Below are positions 26,172 through 40,139 of a stretch of 64,000 nucleotides of DNA, in pieces. The notes below the pieces were generated by a model. The model saw nothing but the letters and a program-made list of their open reading frames with translations. It did no database searches and had not been told where the DNA came from. The stretch lies in the NCBI RefSeq assembly GCF_036588685.1, contig NC_086377.1:13392001-13456000 (forward strand), in the 5' to 3' direction. The position numbers and the translations under genes are program-made. Source of the stretch: Mytilus trossulus (taxonomy: Eukaryota). Each line of letters begins with the position of its first letter. The stretch's first letter is position 1.

Positions 26172-28310
26172 GCTTTACGCCGCATTAGCACAAAAAGGCA
26201 ATATCGCGGCGAGAGCTAATTCGAATATTTTTACAATTTAAAGCATATTTTTAAAATAAGACAAAAAGTCCTTCAATATACTAAAATTCTTGACTAAAGC
26301 AAATTGAGTATAAACAAATAAAAATCAGCAGTAAAATAACGTGATAAAAATTAAAATCGATTTAAATATAATAACATTTTTATATTTTATAATAAATTGC
26401 AATTTCTTTTAAAAAAGCAACAATATTTGTAAATGGAACATTATTAAATAAATCATACATATTATTGACATTGAAATGCTTCTTACGAATATCAGCAAAG
26501 TCAATACAATTAATTAAAACATGTTTAATAGTATACTTGCAGTTGCAAGGAACACATTGTGGTTCATCTTCATTTTTTAAAAGATACTCGTGTGTTATTC
26601 TAGTATGACCAATACGACATCTAGTAATAACACACTGATCTTTTCTGCACATAATGTTATTAAAAGGTTTGCCTAAATTAGGTTTAATTTCATGCAATTT
26701 ATTATCATCTTTTTTACTCCATTTATTTTTCAATATATTAAAAACATATTCTCTAATATTAGATTTAAAATCAGTATATGGTATATCACAGTTAGATAGA
26801 GGATCACCCAGGGCATTCTTTGCCCCAAGGTCTACAGCTGTGTTTCCAAGGATTCCAACATGACTCGGAACCCATAGAAATATTATTTCTTTCAGAAGAA
26901 TTTTTAAATTCCTCATTACATATAAAATTTTCAGGATTGTTGGGTTTTTAATTTTAGTATTTCGTATAGCTTGTAAGCATGAAAGTGAATCCGAACATAT
27001 AATAAATTTGGATTTATCTGAAGAAGCAATAAATTTCAAAGCCAAAATTATTGCTTCTGCTTCAGCAGTAAAGATGGATGCATCAGATGGCAAACGGAGG
27101 GTTGCAGCTCTGTCCCTGAAGACAGCAGCAGATGCAACTCACCATCTTTTGATCCATCAGTATATACAGTTGAAAAATCTAGATAATCGGCTTTAATTTC
27201 AGCATAGTGTTGCTGAATTAAAAGAGGATTTGTTTTATTTTTATTGTGTTCACGGAGATCAAATATCATTTTTGGTTTAGGAAGTTCCCATGGAGGACAT
27301 TTGCAAGTTTGAACTTGAGCAACAGCTTTTAAATCAAAAGAAGCTAAATGTGGTTTTAAACGTAAACCTAACGGAGGAATTTTATTTTCATGTTTTGCAA
27401 AAATATCTTCATAAATCGGATTAAAAACACAGCTGTAGGCAGGATTATCTGAATGGGCTTTTAGTTTGACAGCATATTGAAGTCCAAGCTTCAAACGTCT
27501 GTCAGTGAGTGAGTGCTCATCAGCCTCTACATACAGACTCTCAACTGGTGAGGTTTTAAATGCGCCAAGACAGAGACGCAAACCTTGGTGATGCACAGCA
27601 TCGAAAATTTGTATGTAGGACTTCCTTGCAGAGCCATACACTATAGAACCATAATCTTGTTTAGATCTAACAAGAGATCTATATAAATTGAGTAAAATGT
27701 TGCGATCAGCACCCCAGTCAGTGCTGCCGACAACTTTTAAAATATCTAAAGCTTTTAAACATCTCGCTTTTAACATTTTGATATGGGGTAGAAAGGTTAA
27801 CATTTTATCGAAAAGTAAACCAAGAAATTTGGTTTCATCAACCAGTTTAATTGGGTTGCCGTACAAGGTTAGTTCTGGATCAAGATGCAATTTTCTTTTG
27901 TTACAAAAATGCATCCCGACCGTTTTTGAAGTGGAAAATTTAAAACCATTTTCCGAGGCCCATTTTTCAATTCTTCCAAGACATAATTGTAATTGTCTTT
28001 CAATGTAATTCATATTTTTGCCTCTGTAACATATTAAAAAATCATCAACGTACAATGAACCTTCAATATTACTTTTTAAAACCTCAACAAGGCTGTTGAT
28101 TTTAAGACTAAATAATGTAACAGATAAAATACTGCCCTTGAGGGACACCCATCTCTTGATCATACAGATCAGATAGAATTAACTCTAACATTAAATTGTC
28201 TGTTAGAGAGAAAATTAGAAATAAAATTAGTCATATTGCCTTTCAACCCCATATCAAATAGATCTTTTAAAATACCATATTTCCATGCAGTATCATAGGC
28301 CTTCTCAAGA
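26172..28310 (-). mobile_element. 5'-truncated copy of the I-group LINE (RT C-half, RNase H, 3' UTR), frameshifted
   Basis: ORFs 27048-28163 (YVDD) and 26380-27093 (RNase H) are near identical to the 34509-36430 region. Confidence 0.95.
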
Positions 28311-28991
28311 TCCCTGCCAAGGTTTTGTAATCAACAGGTAATCAGTGTCCCTACTAAAGTTAACGTTTGAAGCAAGTTATCCAAGGTTTTGTTTTGTTTT
28401 TGTATATCTTGTTTAGCCTTTATGCATTGCTTGGCTCTGGCATCTTTTAAACTCTGATCATGACACAGTATGGAATTTTTTTTTTGCATGAATACTTTTC
28501 TTAATATCTTAAAAAATAAATCACATTTTGGTGTAAAATATTAACCTCACGTATGTGTGCAATTATATTCTAATATATATAGTATTCAAGAAGTTGTAAT
28601 AGATATAAAATTAAATTTAAAAAAACATGCATCATAATCTATTACACCGTTAGTTTTCCTTTTTGGATAGTTTTACACTAGTCTAGTAATTTTGGGGCCC
28701 TTTATAGCTTTTTGTTCGGTGTGAGCCAAGGCTTCGTGTTGAAGGCCGTACATTGACCTATAATGCTTTACTTTTATAAGTTGTTATTTGGATGGAGAAT
28801 TGTCTCATTGGCACTCCCACCACATCTTCCTAAATCTATAGAAATTTAACGCACCCTGAAACAATTTTACTCCTAAATTTGTGTTTCTGATTTGGTGATT
28901 TTAACTGATGGAAATTATCCTGAAGGCACTGAAGTTTGATCTCTTCCATTGTCTTAAATCTATAAGGGCAGGATGGCAAAACATATTCTTA

Positions 28992-31407
28992 AGTATGAAG
29001 ATCAGTTGATAGACCTAGCTGAATTGTTTTATTAGCCTTATTATGAAGATCAGTTGATAGACCTAGCTGAATTGTTTAATCAGCCTTAGTATGAAGATCA
29101 GTTGATAGACCTAGCTGAATTGTTTTATCAGCCTTAGAATGAAGATCAGTTGATAGACATAGCTGAATTGTTTTATCAGCCTTAGTATGCAGATCAGTTG
29201 ATAAACCTAGCTGAAATGTTTAATCAGCCTTAGTATGCAGATCAGTTGATATACCTAGCTGAATTATTTTATCTGCCTTAGTATGAAGATCAGTTGATAA
29301 ACCTAGCTGAATTGTTCAATCATCCTTAGTATGCAGATCAGTTGATATACCTAGCTGAATTATTTTATCAGCCTTAGTATGAAGATCAGTTGATACACCT
29401 AGCTGAATTGTTTTATCTGCCTTAGTATGAAGATCAGTTGATACACCTAGCTGAATTGTTTTATCAGCCTTAGTATGCAGATCAGTTGATAGACCTAGCT
29501 GAATTGTTTTATCAGCCTTAGTATGCAGATCAGTTGATAAACCTAGCTGAATTGTTTAATCAGCCTTAGTATGCAGATCAGTTGATATACCTAGCTGAAT
29601 TATTTTATCAGCCTCAGTTATCTGCCTTAGTATGAAGATCAGTTGATAGACATAGCTTTATTGTTTTATCAGCATTAGTATGCAGATCAGTTGATAGACC
29701 TAGCTGAATTTTTTTATCAGCCTTAGTATGCTTAGTATGAAGATCAGTTGATAGACCTAGCTGAATTGTTTAATCAGCCTTAGTATGAAGATCAGTTGAT
29801 ACACCTAGCTGAATTGTTTTATCAACCTTAGTATGAAGATCAGTTGATAGACAGAGCTGAATTGTTTTATCAGCCTTAGTATGAAGATCAGTTGATAGAC
29901 CTAGCTCAATTGTTTTATCTGCCTAAGTATGAAGATCAGTTGATAGACATAGCTGAATTTTTTTGTCAGCCTTAGTATGCAGATCAGTTGATAGACCTAG
30001 CTGAATTGTTTTATCAGCCTTAGTATGAAGATCAGTTGATAGACCTAGCTGAATTGTTTAATCAGCCTTAGTATGAAGATCAGTTGATACACCTAGCTGA
30101 ACTGTTTTATCAGTTTTAGTATGAATATCAGTTGATAGACAGAGCTGAATTGTTTTATCAGCCTTAGTATGAAGATCACTTGATAGACCTAGCTGAATTG
30201 TTTTATCAGCCTTAGTATGAAGATCAGTTGATACACCTAGCTGAATTGTTTTATCAGCCTTAGTATGCAGATCAGTTGATAGACCTAGTTGAATTTTTTT
30301 ATCAGCCTTAGTATGAAGATCAGTTGATAGACCTAGCTGAATTGCTTTATTAGCCTTAATATGGAGATCAGTTGATAGACCTAGCTGAATTGTTTTATCA
30401 GCCTTAGTATGAAGATCAGTTGATACACCTAGCTGAATTGTTTTATCAGCCTTAGTATGCAGATCAGTTGATAGACCTAGCTGAATTGTTTTATCAGCCT
30501 TAGTATGCAGATCAGTTGATAGACATAGCTGAATTGTTTTATCAGCCTTAGTATGCAGATCAGTTGATAGACATAGCTGAATTGTTTTATCAGCCTTAGT
30601 ATGAAGATCAGTTGATAGACCTAGGTGATTTTTTTTATCTGCCTTAGTATGAAGATCAGTTGATACACCTAGCTGAATTGTTTTATCAGCCTTAGTATGA
30701 AGATCAGTTGATAGACCTAGCTGAATTTTTTTATCAGCCTTAGTATGACGATCAGTTGATAGACCTAGCTGAATTGCTTTATTAGCCTTAATATGGAGAT
30801 CAGTTGATAGACCTAGCTGAATTGTTTTATCAGCCTTAGTATGAAGATCAGTTGATACACCTAGCTGAATTGTTTTATCAGCCTTAGTATGCAGATCAGT
30901 TGATAGACCTAGCTGAATTGTTTTATTAGCCTTAGTATGCAGATCAGTTGATAGACCTAGCTGAATTGTTTTATCAGCCTTAGTATGCAGATCAGTTGAT
31001 AGACATAGCTGAATTGTTTTATCAGCCTTAGTATGAATATCAGTTGATAGACCTAGGTGAATTTTTTTATCTGCCTTAGTATGAAGATCAGTTGATACAC
31101 CTAGCTGAATTGTTTTATCAGCCTTAGTATGAAGATCAGTTGATAGACAGAGCTGAATTGTTTAATCAGCCTTAATATGCAGATCAGTTGATAGACCTAG
31201 CTGAATTGTTTTATCAGCCTTAGTATGAAGATCAGTTGATACACCTAGCTGAATTGTTTAACAGCCTTAGTATGAAGATCATTTGATAGACATAGCTGAA
31301 TTGTTTTATCAGCCTTAGTATGAAGATCAGTTGATAGACCTAGCTGAATTGTTTTATCAGCCTTAGTATGAAGATCAGTTGATAGACATAGCTGAATTGT
31401 TTTATCT
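28992..31407. repeat. Tandem satellite, 48-bp unit, ~50 copies
   Basis: Unit TAGTATGAAGATCAGTTGATAGACCTAGCTGAATTGTTTTATCAGCCT; the register recurs every 240 bp (5 units). Confidence 0.97.
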
Positions 31408-34400
31408 GTCTCAGATGGTGTGATGTTCTGCTCAGGAAATAGCACTCTATTATTTCCACAGGTTGCAGCGAAAGGAGGCCAATGTTTGCTAATTCACCAG
31501 ATATTTACCCAAACTGTGCTGATCAGTTGCGAAAACTTGCTACTAGCAGCAGCATACAATTTTTCTCTACTTCCAATATTAAAATATCAGTACGTTAGAC
31601 AGCATTTCCTTTTTTTAGTTATTAATACATTTTATTATTGTGTTTTATTTTTAAAAAACAAGTTTTATTCATAATAAAAACTACATCTCAGTAATATAGA
31701 AATTACATTAAAATTTTGCAGTTGTCTACATAATCGATCAATAAAAAAGAAGTCCCGGTAATTTTATTGGTTCATGTATGAAGTTCCACTTGAATAGGCT
31801 TATTACGGAAGCCGATAAGGGCCATTAAAAAAATATTTTATGTCGTTATTACGACATAGCCTGTCGTAATTTCGACATAACATGTCGTTATTACGACATT
31901 GCTATGTCGTAATTTCGACATAACATGTCGTTATAACGACATCGCTATGTCTTAATATCGACATATCATGTCGTAATAACGACATCACTATGTCGTTATA
32001 ACGACATAGCTATGTCGTAATAACGACATCGCTATATTTAAAAGAATATGTATTATGATTGGCAAGAGACTAAATGACAAAGAAATTTACAATTATACGT
32101 CATCATAATGTCCCCGATAATTATAAAAGCCCCCGCATGGTCAGCTATAAAAGAGGGAAGAAAGCTACCAGAGGGAGAGTCCCCGAAATGCTGTGTGACA
32201 CAGTGTTATTATTCCATTATTAGCTCCCTTGGTAAAACTCCAAATTTCATATTGAATGTATTCTATTGTTAAAAAATTTACAGAAGCTTAATAAGTATAT
32301 ATTTGTTAATTGCATGGCTTTTGCTATTTGAATTCATAGGTGAAAGATATTTATTTATATTGTAAAGTTTAATATTTGCATCGTCGCAAAATCTTTGGTT
32401 ACCTTCTTTGGATACCTTCAGTGAGAAACTTATATATGTTATAGATACCAATTTAGATTAACATGGCCCATAGTGCTAGGGCTGTACAGTCAGTCAAAAT
32501 CGTATATCAACAAGTTACCGGTATGCAGTCACACATGTTGGAAGAATGAAATGTGGAATTATTAGAGGACTGAAATTGTTCAACCAAGTCAAGCAACGCT
32601 TTCCATCTCCCTTTAAATAAGCGCAAACTACATGGCTTCTTGGTATAAGGGTGTATTGAAGTATTGATAGCTCTATTTCTAAGTTCAAACGTTGGGCACG
32701 CGCGATGTTCCTACAACCCCTAGGATTTATAACAGAATCTTCGAAATTTCATCCGCAAAACAAAATAAAAATGTTGGAAAACACGAACCAATATTAAAAC
32801 AAATTCAATATATGTTTTAAAATATGTTTTTACAGCTCTTCATCATCTCCTAAGTAATATCTAGTATATTTGAGGATTAAAAAAAGAAAGCTATGTGAAA
32901 AAAACGGATGTCCCCATCCAACGTTACATTTATGAAAAACTGTTTTAACTCTTATGTATAGTGATCTTATTTCTTATTCTCTGATCTTCTTGTTTCTTGA
33001 CAGGAACAACGACATGTGTAGGTTCTTTGTGGCGTTAAAGCCGTTATTTTACCAAATTTCGTTTGAATCGACTGCATACTATAGTAGAAAATGAATAAAA
33101 ATAGTAAGACAATCATAATATCTAACAAAAGTACAAATATTTGCCTCATGTGAGTTCAAATATTGCTGATTCAATAAAAATCTTCTCTACACAGTCGTTT
33201 TTTAAATCAATGGTAGCCATTTTGTCCAAGTTGATATTTCATTTTTCAAAGCAGTTAAGGCGTTTTTTTATAATTGATCAAAACAAAAGTTAGATACACG
33301 CAGAGTAAAAAATGCCAAGAATCTTTCCTTATTAACTACATATTTGGGTCTTAAAGGAATAAAATGCTTCCATACATTACAAAACGGTAGCCAACTTTTC
33401 CAAATGTCTGAACACGTCTAAAATCCTAAAGACGCTAATTTCCGACGTTAATGTGCTAAAGTTTCAATTAAATGTTTATGATGATTAAAACATGTTATGA
33501 AATTTGGAGAAAGATGTTAATGATTGCTGCCGAAAAAAAAAATTGTGCATGTTGCTAAAGACTCCGCCCGGGGAAATAGGTTCGACACAGGTTAAATTTT
33601 GCAATTTTTATTAATTGTTTAGCTTTTAACGATTTATTTAAAAGAATTTGGAAATGGGGGGAAAATCCCATTTTATAAAATAAATTGAAATTTATGTTAC
33701 GGAAGTACTCCGAAATAGATCATTTAAAGTCGTCACTTCAGTTAGGTGCAATCATCAATATCAAAACACTTAATACCAGTTCACGGAATGTTTTACTTCG
33801 CGATTTGTCCTGCTATTTCGTGATGAAAGTAATTCCTGTACTAGCGAAGCTGGAACTTTTCGTCAATATAAACGTGTGCATGAAATGGAGGTAATTGACA
33901 GACGAATCCCAAACAGCAACGAAAACCGTTTCATCGAATTAAAAAAAAAAACCGGGATTATATTTTTATTTGCCGTTTTGGCGGACGACCCAGGAGTAGA
34001 TTACTATATTTTAAAATGTATATATCTGAAGATGACTTGGGAAATAATTCTCAAGCCAAGGTTCAAGTAATTGAAGGAGTGTATTTCGACAACTTATATG
34101 TCAGGGATTGATTGATTGATTGTTGGTTGCTTTACGCCGCATTAGCACAAAAAGGCTATATCGCGGCGAGAGCTTATTCGAATATTTTTACAATTTAAAG
34201 CATATTTTTAAAATAAGACAAAAGGTCCTTCAATACACTAAAATTCTTGACTAAAGCAAATTGATTATATACAAATAAATGATTGATTGATTGTTGGTTG
34301 CTTTACGCCGCATTAGCACAAAAAGTCTATATCGCGGCGAGAGCTAATTCGAATATTTTTACAATTTAAAGCATATTTTTAAAATAAGACAAAAAGTCCT

Positions 34401-34508
34401 TCAATATACTAAAATTCTTGACTAAAGCAAATTGAGTATATACAAAATAAAAATCAACAGTAAAATAACGTGATAAAAATTAAAATCGATTTAAATATAA
34501 TAACATTT

Positions 34509-37500
34509 TTATATTCTATAATAAATTCCAATTTCTTTTAAAAAAGTAACAATACTTGTAAATGGAACATTATTAAATAAATCATACATATTATTGACAT
34601 TGAAATGCTTCTTACGAATATCAGCAAAGTCAATACAATAAATTAAAACATGTTTAATAGTATACTTGCAGTTGCAAGGAACACATTGTGGTTCATCTTC
34701 ATTTTTTAAAAGATATTCGTGTGTTATTCTAGTATGACCAATACGACATCTAGTAATAACACACTGATCTTTTCTGCACATAATATTATTAAAAGGTTTG
34801 CCTAAATTAGGTTTATTTCATGCAATTTATTATCATCTTTTTTACTCCATTTATTTTTCAATATATTAAAAACATATTCTCTAATATTAGATTTAAAATC
34901 AGTATATGGTATATTACAGTTAGATAGAGGGTCACCCAGGGCATTCTTTGCCTCAAGGTCTACAGCTGTGTTTCCAAGGATTCCAACATGACTCGGAACC
35001 CATAGAAATATTATTTCTTTCAGAAGAATTTTTAAATTCCTCATTACATATAAAATTTTCAGGATTGTTGGGTTTTTAATTTTAGTATTTCGTATAGCTT
35101 GTAAGCATGAAAGTGAATCCGAACATATAATAAATTTGGATTTATCTGAAGAAGCAATAAATTTCAAAGCCAAAATTATTGCTTCTGCTTCAGCAGTAAA
35201 GATGGATGCATCAGATGGCAAACGGAGGGTTGCAGCTCTGTCCCTGAAGACAGCAGCAGATGCAACTCTGTCACCATCTTTTGATCCATCAGTATAGACA
35301 GTTGAAAAATCTAGATAATCGTCTTTAATTTCAGCATAGTGTTGCTGAATTAAAAGAGGATTTGTTTTATTTTTATTGTGTTCACGGAGATCAAATATCA
35401 TTTTTGGTTTGGGAAGTTCCCATGGAGGACATTTGCAAGTTTGAACTTGAGCAACAGATTTTAAATCAAAAGAAGCTAAATGTGGTTTTAAACGTAAACC
35501 TAACGGAGGAATTTTATTTTCATGTTTTGCAAAAATATCTTCATAAATCGGATTAAAACACAGCTGTAGGCAGGATTATCTGAATGCGCTTTTAGTTTGA
35601 CAGCATATTGAAGTCCAAGCTTTAAACGTCTGTCAGTGAGTGAGTGCTCATCAGCCTCTACATACAGACTCTCAACTGGTGAGGTTTTAAATGCGCCAAG
35701 ACAGAGACGCAAACCTTGGTGATGCACAGCATCGAGAATCTGTATGAAGGACTTCCTTGCAGAGCCATAATCTAGTTTAGATCTAACAAGAGATCTATAT
35801 AAATTGAGTAAAATGTTGCGATCAGCACCCCAGTCAGTGCTGCCGACAACTTTTAAAATATCTAAAGCTTTTAAACTTCTCGCTTTTAACATTTTGATAT
35901 GGGGTAGAAAGGTTAACTTTTTATCGAAAAGTAAACCAAGAAATTTGGTTTCATCAACCATTTTAATTGGGTTGCCGTACAAAGTTAGTTCTGGATCAAG
36001 ATGCAATTTTCTTTTGTTACAAAAATGCATCCCGACCGTTTTTGAAGTGGAAAATTTAAAACCATTTTCCGAGGCCCATTTTTCAATTCTTCCAAGACAT
36101 AATTGTAATTGTCTTTCAATGTTATTCATATTTTTGCCTCTGTAACATATTAAAAAATCATCAACGTACAATGAACCTTCAATATTACTTTTTAAAACTT
36201 CAACAAGGCTGTTGATTTTAAGACTAAATAATGTAACAGATAAAATACTGCCCTGAGGGACACCCATCTCTTGCTCATAAAGATCAGACATGGTCGAATT
36301 AACTCTAACATTAAATTGTCTGTTAGAGAGAAAATTAGAAATAAAATTAGGCATATTGCCTTTCAACCCCATATCAAATAGATCTTTTAAAATACCATAT
36401 TTCCATGCAGTATCATAGGCCTTCTCAAGGTCGAAAAAGACCGACACCACATGCTCATTTTTCGCAAAACCATTACGGACAAATGATTCGAATCGAACAA
36501 GATGATCAAGAGTACTGCGACCCTGTCGGAATCCACACTGGATATTGGCTAATAGCCCATTGGATTCCAGGAACCAAACAAGGCGATCATTGACCATCCG
36601 TTCGAGTGTTTTACAGACACAACTGGTAAGAGCAATTGGTCGATAATTAATAGGATCCGTATGATCTTTACTTGGTTTTGGAATAGGCACGACGGTTGCA
36701 AGCTTCCAGATTGATGGTAAATCACCAGATTCCCAGATGTTATTCATGAGCTGCAAGAGAGCTTCTAGCGAGGAATCTGGCAAGTGTTTTAAGAGTTGGT
36801 AGTGAATATTATCAGGCCCACAAGCTGTATCATGGGCTTTTGACAGAGATGTTTTAAGTTCTTCAAGAGAAAATTGTTTATTATAATTTTCACCATTTTT
36901 TGATTTAAAGTTTAATTTATTTTTTTCTTTTTGTTTTTTAACTTTTTTTTCCGTCGTTGGTTGTGAACCGTCTTTCAGATTTTTTACGGTCACCTATGGC
37001 TTGATCACATGCGTCATCAAACCAAGAGTTACTGGGATGTTTTGGATTTGCCGAGGTCTTAGGAATAGTTCTGTCAGCAATTGACGTTAGAACTGTATTA
37101 AAAGTTAAAATTGGATCTTGCACAGTCCCAAACATCTTTGACTGAAGTTCCGCTCGACAGAGATTCTCAAACAAGGACCAGTCCGCCTTGTCAAGTTTCC
37201 AACGTGGTACTCTCTGTTGGGCAGAATTAAAAAGATGTTCAAGTACTATTGGAAAATGATCACTTCCACATAGATCATCATGAACACGTCATGAATAATC
37301 CAGAAGCAGAGAGGGATCGCATATAGTGATATCAATAGAAGAATAAGACCCGTTTCCAGGATGAAGATACGTATTAGATCCATCATTAAAAATGCATAAT
37401 CCTTCTTGAGAGACAAAGTCCTCAATGATCTTACCTTTGGCATTATGAGTCTTGCTACCCCGTAATGGATTGTGGGCATTGAAGTCGCCCATAAGTATAA

Positions 37501-37878
37501 ATGGTGAGGGTAATTGATCAGTGAGGTTTTTGAGTTTTGCTTTATCGATAATTGAATTAGGTGGAATATATATCGAACATAATGTAATTGTTTTGTCTAA
37601 TGATAAACGAATTGCAACTGCTTGCAGATCCGTTGTGAGTTGGACTGTGCTATGAATGACGTTTTCCTTCACAAAAACGGATGATCCGCCTGCAGCACGT
37701 TCATCTACCTTAGAAAATGTACTATACATGTTGTATCCTTTTAAAGATACGTTGTCACTTTCTTTTAGATGAGTTTCTTGAAGACAAAATGCAATAGGTA
37801 AAAAGACTGAACTAGAAGTGTTAACTCGAGAAGATTTATTTTAAGACCTCGGCAATTCCATTGGATTATATTTGTCAT
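34509..37878 (-). pseudogene. LINE ORF2: AP endonuclease, reverse transcriptase, RNase H, C-terminal Zn motif (frameshifted)
   Basis: MTNIIQWNCRG, LQETH, GDFNAH (APE); YRPIAL, DLEKAYD, PQGS, YVDD (RT); YTDGS, AE..AI, SDS, WVPSH.GI.GN (RNase H). Broken into several ORFs. Confidence 0.92.
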
Positions 37879-37889
37879 TATTTAATAAA

Positions 37890-39391
37890 AGAAGGGCGAA
37901 TGCTGTCGAGTTTGCCAGCATTCTTATTTCGCTCACCCTGAGATCGTGATCTTTCGGGTGGCGGAACACTTTCAGTTTCCATTTCAGTTTCGATGATAAG
38001 TGTTGAAAATCTGTTGTGCGAGGAGAGTAGTCGATCTCCAGGACTACGCGCAGCTGGTGTTACTCCGCCTCGACCCCTACCCCGCGACCTCGAATCAGAA
38101 GACTTCTGAGAGGATGTATTTCCTGGCTTCTTTTGGACATCCTTCTTTTCTTGAGAACGAAGAGGAGATGGGGCTCTGGTAGACTGTGTACTGGACGAAG
38201 AAGATACCTTCTTGGATGCAGATGAAGGCAGACTTTTGGAGGTGGAAGAATCATCTATGTCACTGGGAAGATCCCAGACAGATTCACCGCTCCAATTGTG
38301 TATTTCTACTGTTTCTTTTTATTTTTTTTCTCATTTTTTTTTGGTGATGATAGTGAGCTCTGTAGGGAAGATTGAGTTGACTGAGTACTGGTTTTGGAAG
38401 ATATTGGTTTTCTTGGAATTAATATTCTATCGGTAGGTTCTGTTTCAACAGGCAGCATTTTAAAATTGTCCGCATCAATTGGCCAAGTCATGCGAGTTTG
38501 TGTATTCTCGTGACTGAATGAGCGGACAACTTTGCTGGCGTACGATGGTCTGTTTGAAACAAGGAGATCATTCGAAACAGAAGCTATCTGTTTAGCTTCT
38601 GGGTAACTAATGTTTCTTTCTGTTTTAATTTTAATTATATTTTTTTCTTTAAGGTAAACAGGGCAGTCCCTAGACGATGAAAAATGGTATTCACCACAGT
38701 TTACACATTTAGAAGATTCAGAGTGACAGTTTGTTCCCTCGTGTCCTTCGTCAGAACACTAGAAGCATCTCTGATTACCACGACATTGTTTGCTTCCATG
38801 ACCAAACTTTTGACAAGTAAAGCATTAAATTGGGTTTGGGATAAACATGTCAACTCTGATTCCGAAGCAACCTAAAGTAATAGATGGAGGAGGAGTTGGA
38901 GTTCTAAAGGTCAAAAGATAAGTATTTAATTTGATTATATTTCCATTCTTTTTAATTTGAAATCTAATAACATTAGTTACACCTTGGCTTGAAAGTTCCT
39001 CACCGATTTCTTCCACGGTAAGGTCACCAAGGTATTGACTTCTGTCTCGAATGATCCCCTTACAGCTGTTCAAACTGTTATGAGGAGAGGCAGAAACAGG
39101 AAAGTTTGATATTGTAGACATTGTAAGTAAATTTGTTGATTGACTTTTGTTGGAACATTCAACCAACAAATTGCCAGATCTCATTTTTGAAACTTTTTTA
39201 ACAGTACCAGCAACGCTTTGAATTTGTTTGTGAATTACAAAGGGCGATATTTTTGAAATTGTTTTTTCTTCTGTTCCTTTTATTACAATAAATCTGGGCC
39301 AACTGTCATCTTCCCGACAGGGCTCTGAATCATCACATTTTCTTTTCTTATGCATTAAAGCTGATTTAGAGGGTTTGTTTTGTTGTGCCAT
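37890..39391 (-). pseudogene. LINE ORF1 (gag-like, three CCHC knuckles) with in-frame stops
   Basis: MAQQNKPSK...PNPI*CFTCQKFGHGSKQC...CF*CSDEGHEGTNC...CVNCGEYHFSSSRDC. The 3' boundary is approximate. Confidence 0.85.
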
Positions 39392-39993
39392 ATGAAAGGA
39401 GAAAGATTCACCATTCTTGCCATCCACCCACCTCGGAGTGCCTACAAGGGCGATGCTGTGTTTCCGTGGCGAACCGGGATCGAGTGCTAATGCTGAAAAC
39501 GAGCTCCATATATAATGTAGCTGGTCCTCAAAATCAGCACCCAAGATCCACTGCGGAAAGCACCAGATGTTCCAAGAATAGTATACTCAAGCAGAGCTTA
39601 TCCATCAAGCGAAAAAGAAAGCGTACCACTTGATTGACCCATGAGCCATCGCCTTCTTCAGTTATCCAAAATATAAATAGCTTAATTTAAAATACATGTG
39701 TATATTATGAAAATTGTTACAAGACAGCTTATTGTTGAGGATTAACTGAAGGGCTCGACATGACCAGCCGATTGATCGAACCGGGTCCATCCGACCTCCC
39801 GTTTAGATGATTTCGAAGCCAAAGCAGCTTATTGAACTATAGTCTCGTCCGTCCGGGTATTTTCTGACCGTAAGGAGTCTGGCTATAGCCCTCATCCACA
39901 AGGATCTCGTCAACCACCGACACGGGTAGCAACCCACGGCAAACGGGTTGGAGAGCCTATTTTATTTAAAACATCGGGCATCTCACGATGTTC

Positions 39994-40139
39994 GGATCAC
40001 TTTAGTCTGGTCTCTACCCTTCGACCTGTCCAGCATGGGTAACCCTACCAGGAGACGAAGCTCCAGCTGGCATAGCTCTTGGGGTCACTGAGACACGCAA
40101 GCCCTCCGACCACGGCAAGGATAGCGATCCACCGGAGGG
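39994..40139 (-). ncRNA. HDV-like self-cleaving ribozyme at the LINE 5' end
   Basis: P1 CCCTCCG/CGGAGGG; P2 GGATCGC/GTGATCC; P3-L3 CTATCCTTGCCGTGG; extended P4; J4/2 CTAAA. It begins at the first base after the TSD. Confidence 0.8.

Larger units (their letters stand above)
34108..40139 (-). mobile_element. Full-length I-group (Nimb/I-like) LINE, disabled
   Basis: 13-bp TSD TATATGTCAGGGA (34095-34107, 40140-40152); (AATC)n tail; ORF1 with CCHC knuckles; ORF2 with APE, RT and RNase H. Confidence 0.95.

Noticed and set aside
28992-31407. CRISPR-like array or coding repeat (ORF 31245-31445)
   Set aside because: Head-to-tail 48-bp units with no unique spacers, no cas genes and eukaryotic context; the ORF is a by-product of the repeat.
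26654-36593. Plus-strand ORFs over the LINE copies (e.g. 27688, 35804)
   Set aside because: Antisense shadows of the RT and RNase H frames.
39392-39544. N-terminal extension of LINE ORF1 in the ORF track
   Set aside because: It uses a non-ATG start in the 5' UTR; the ATG at 39391 is the more plausible start.
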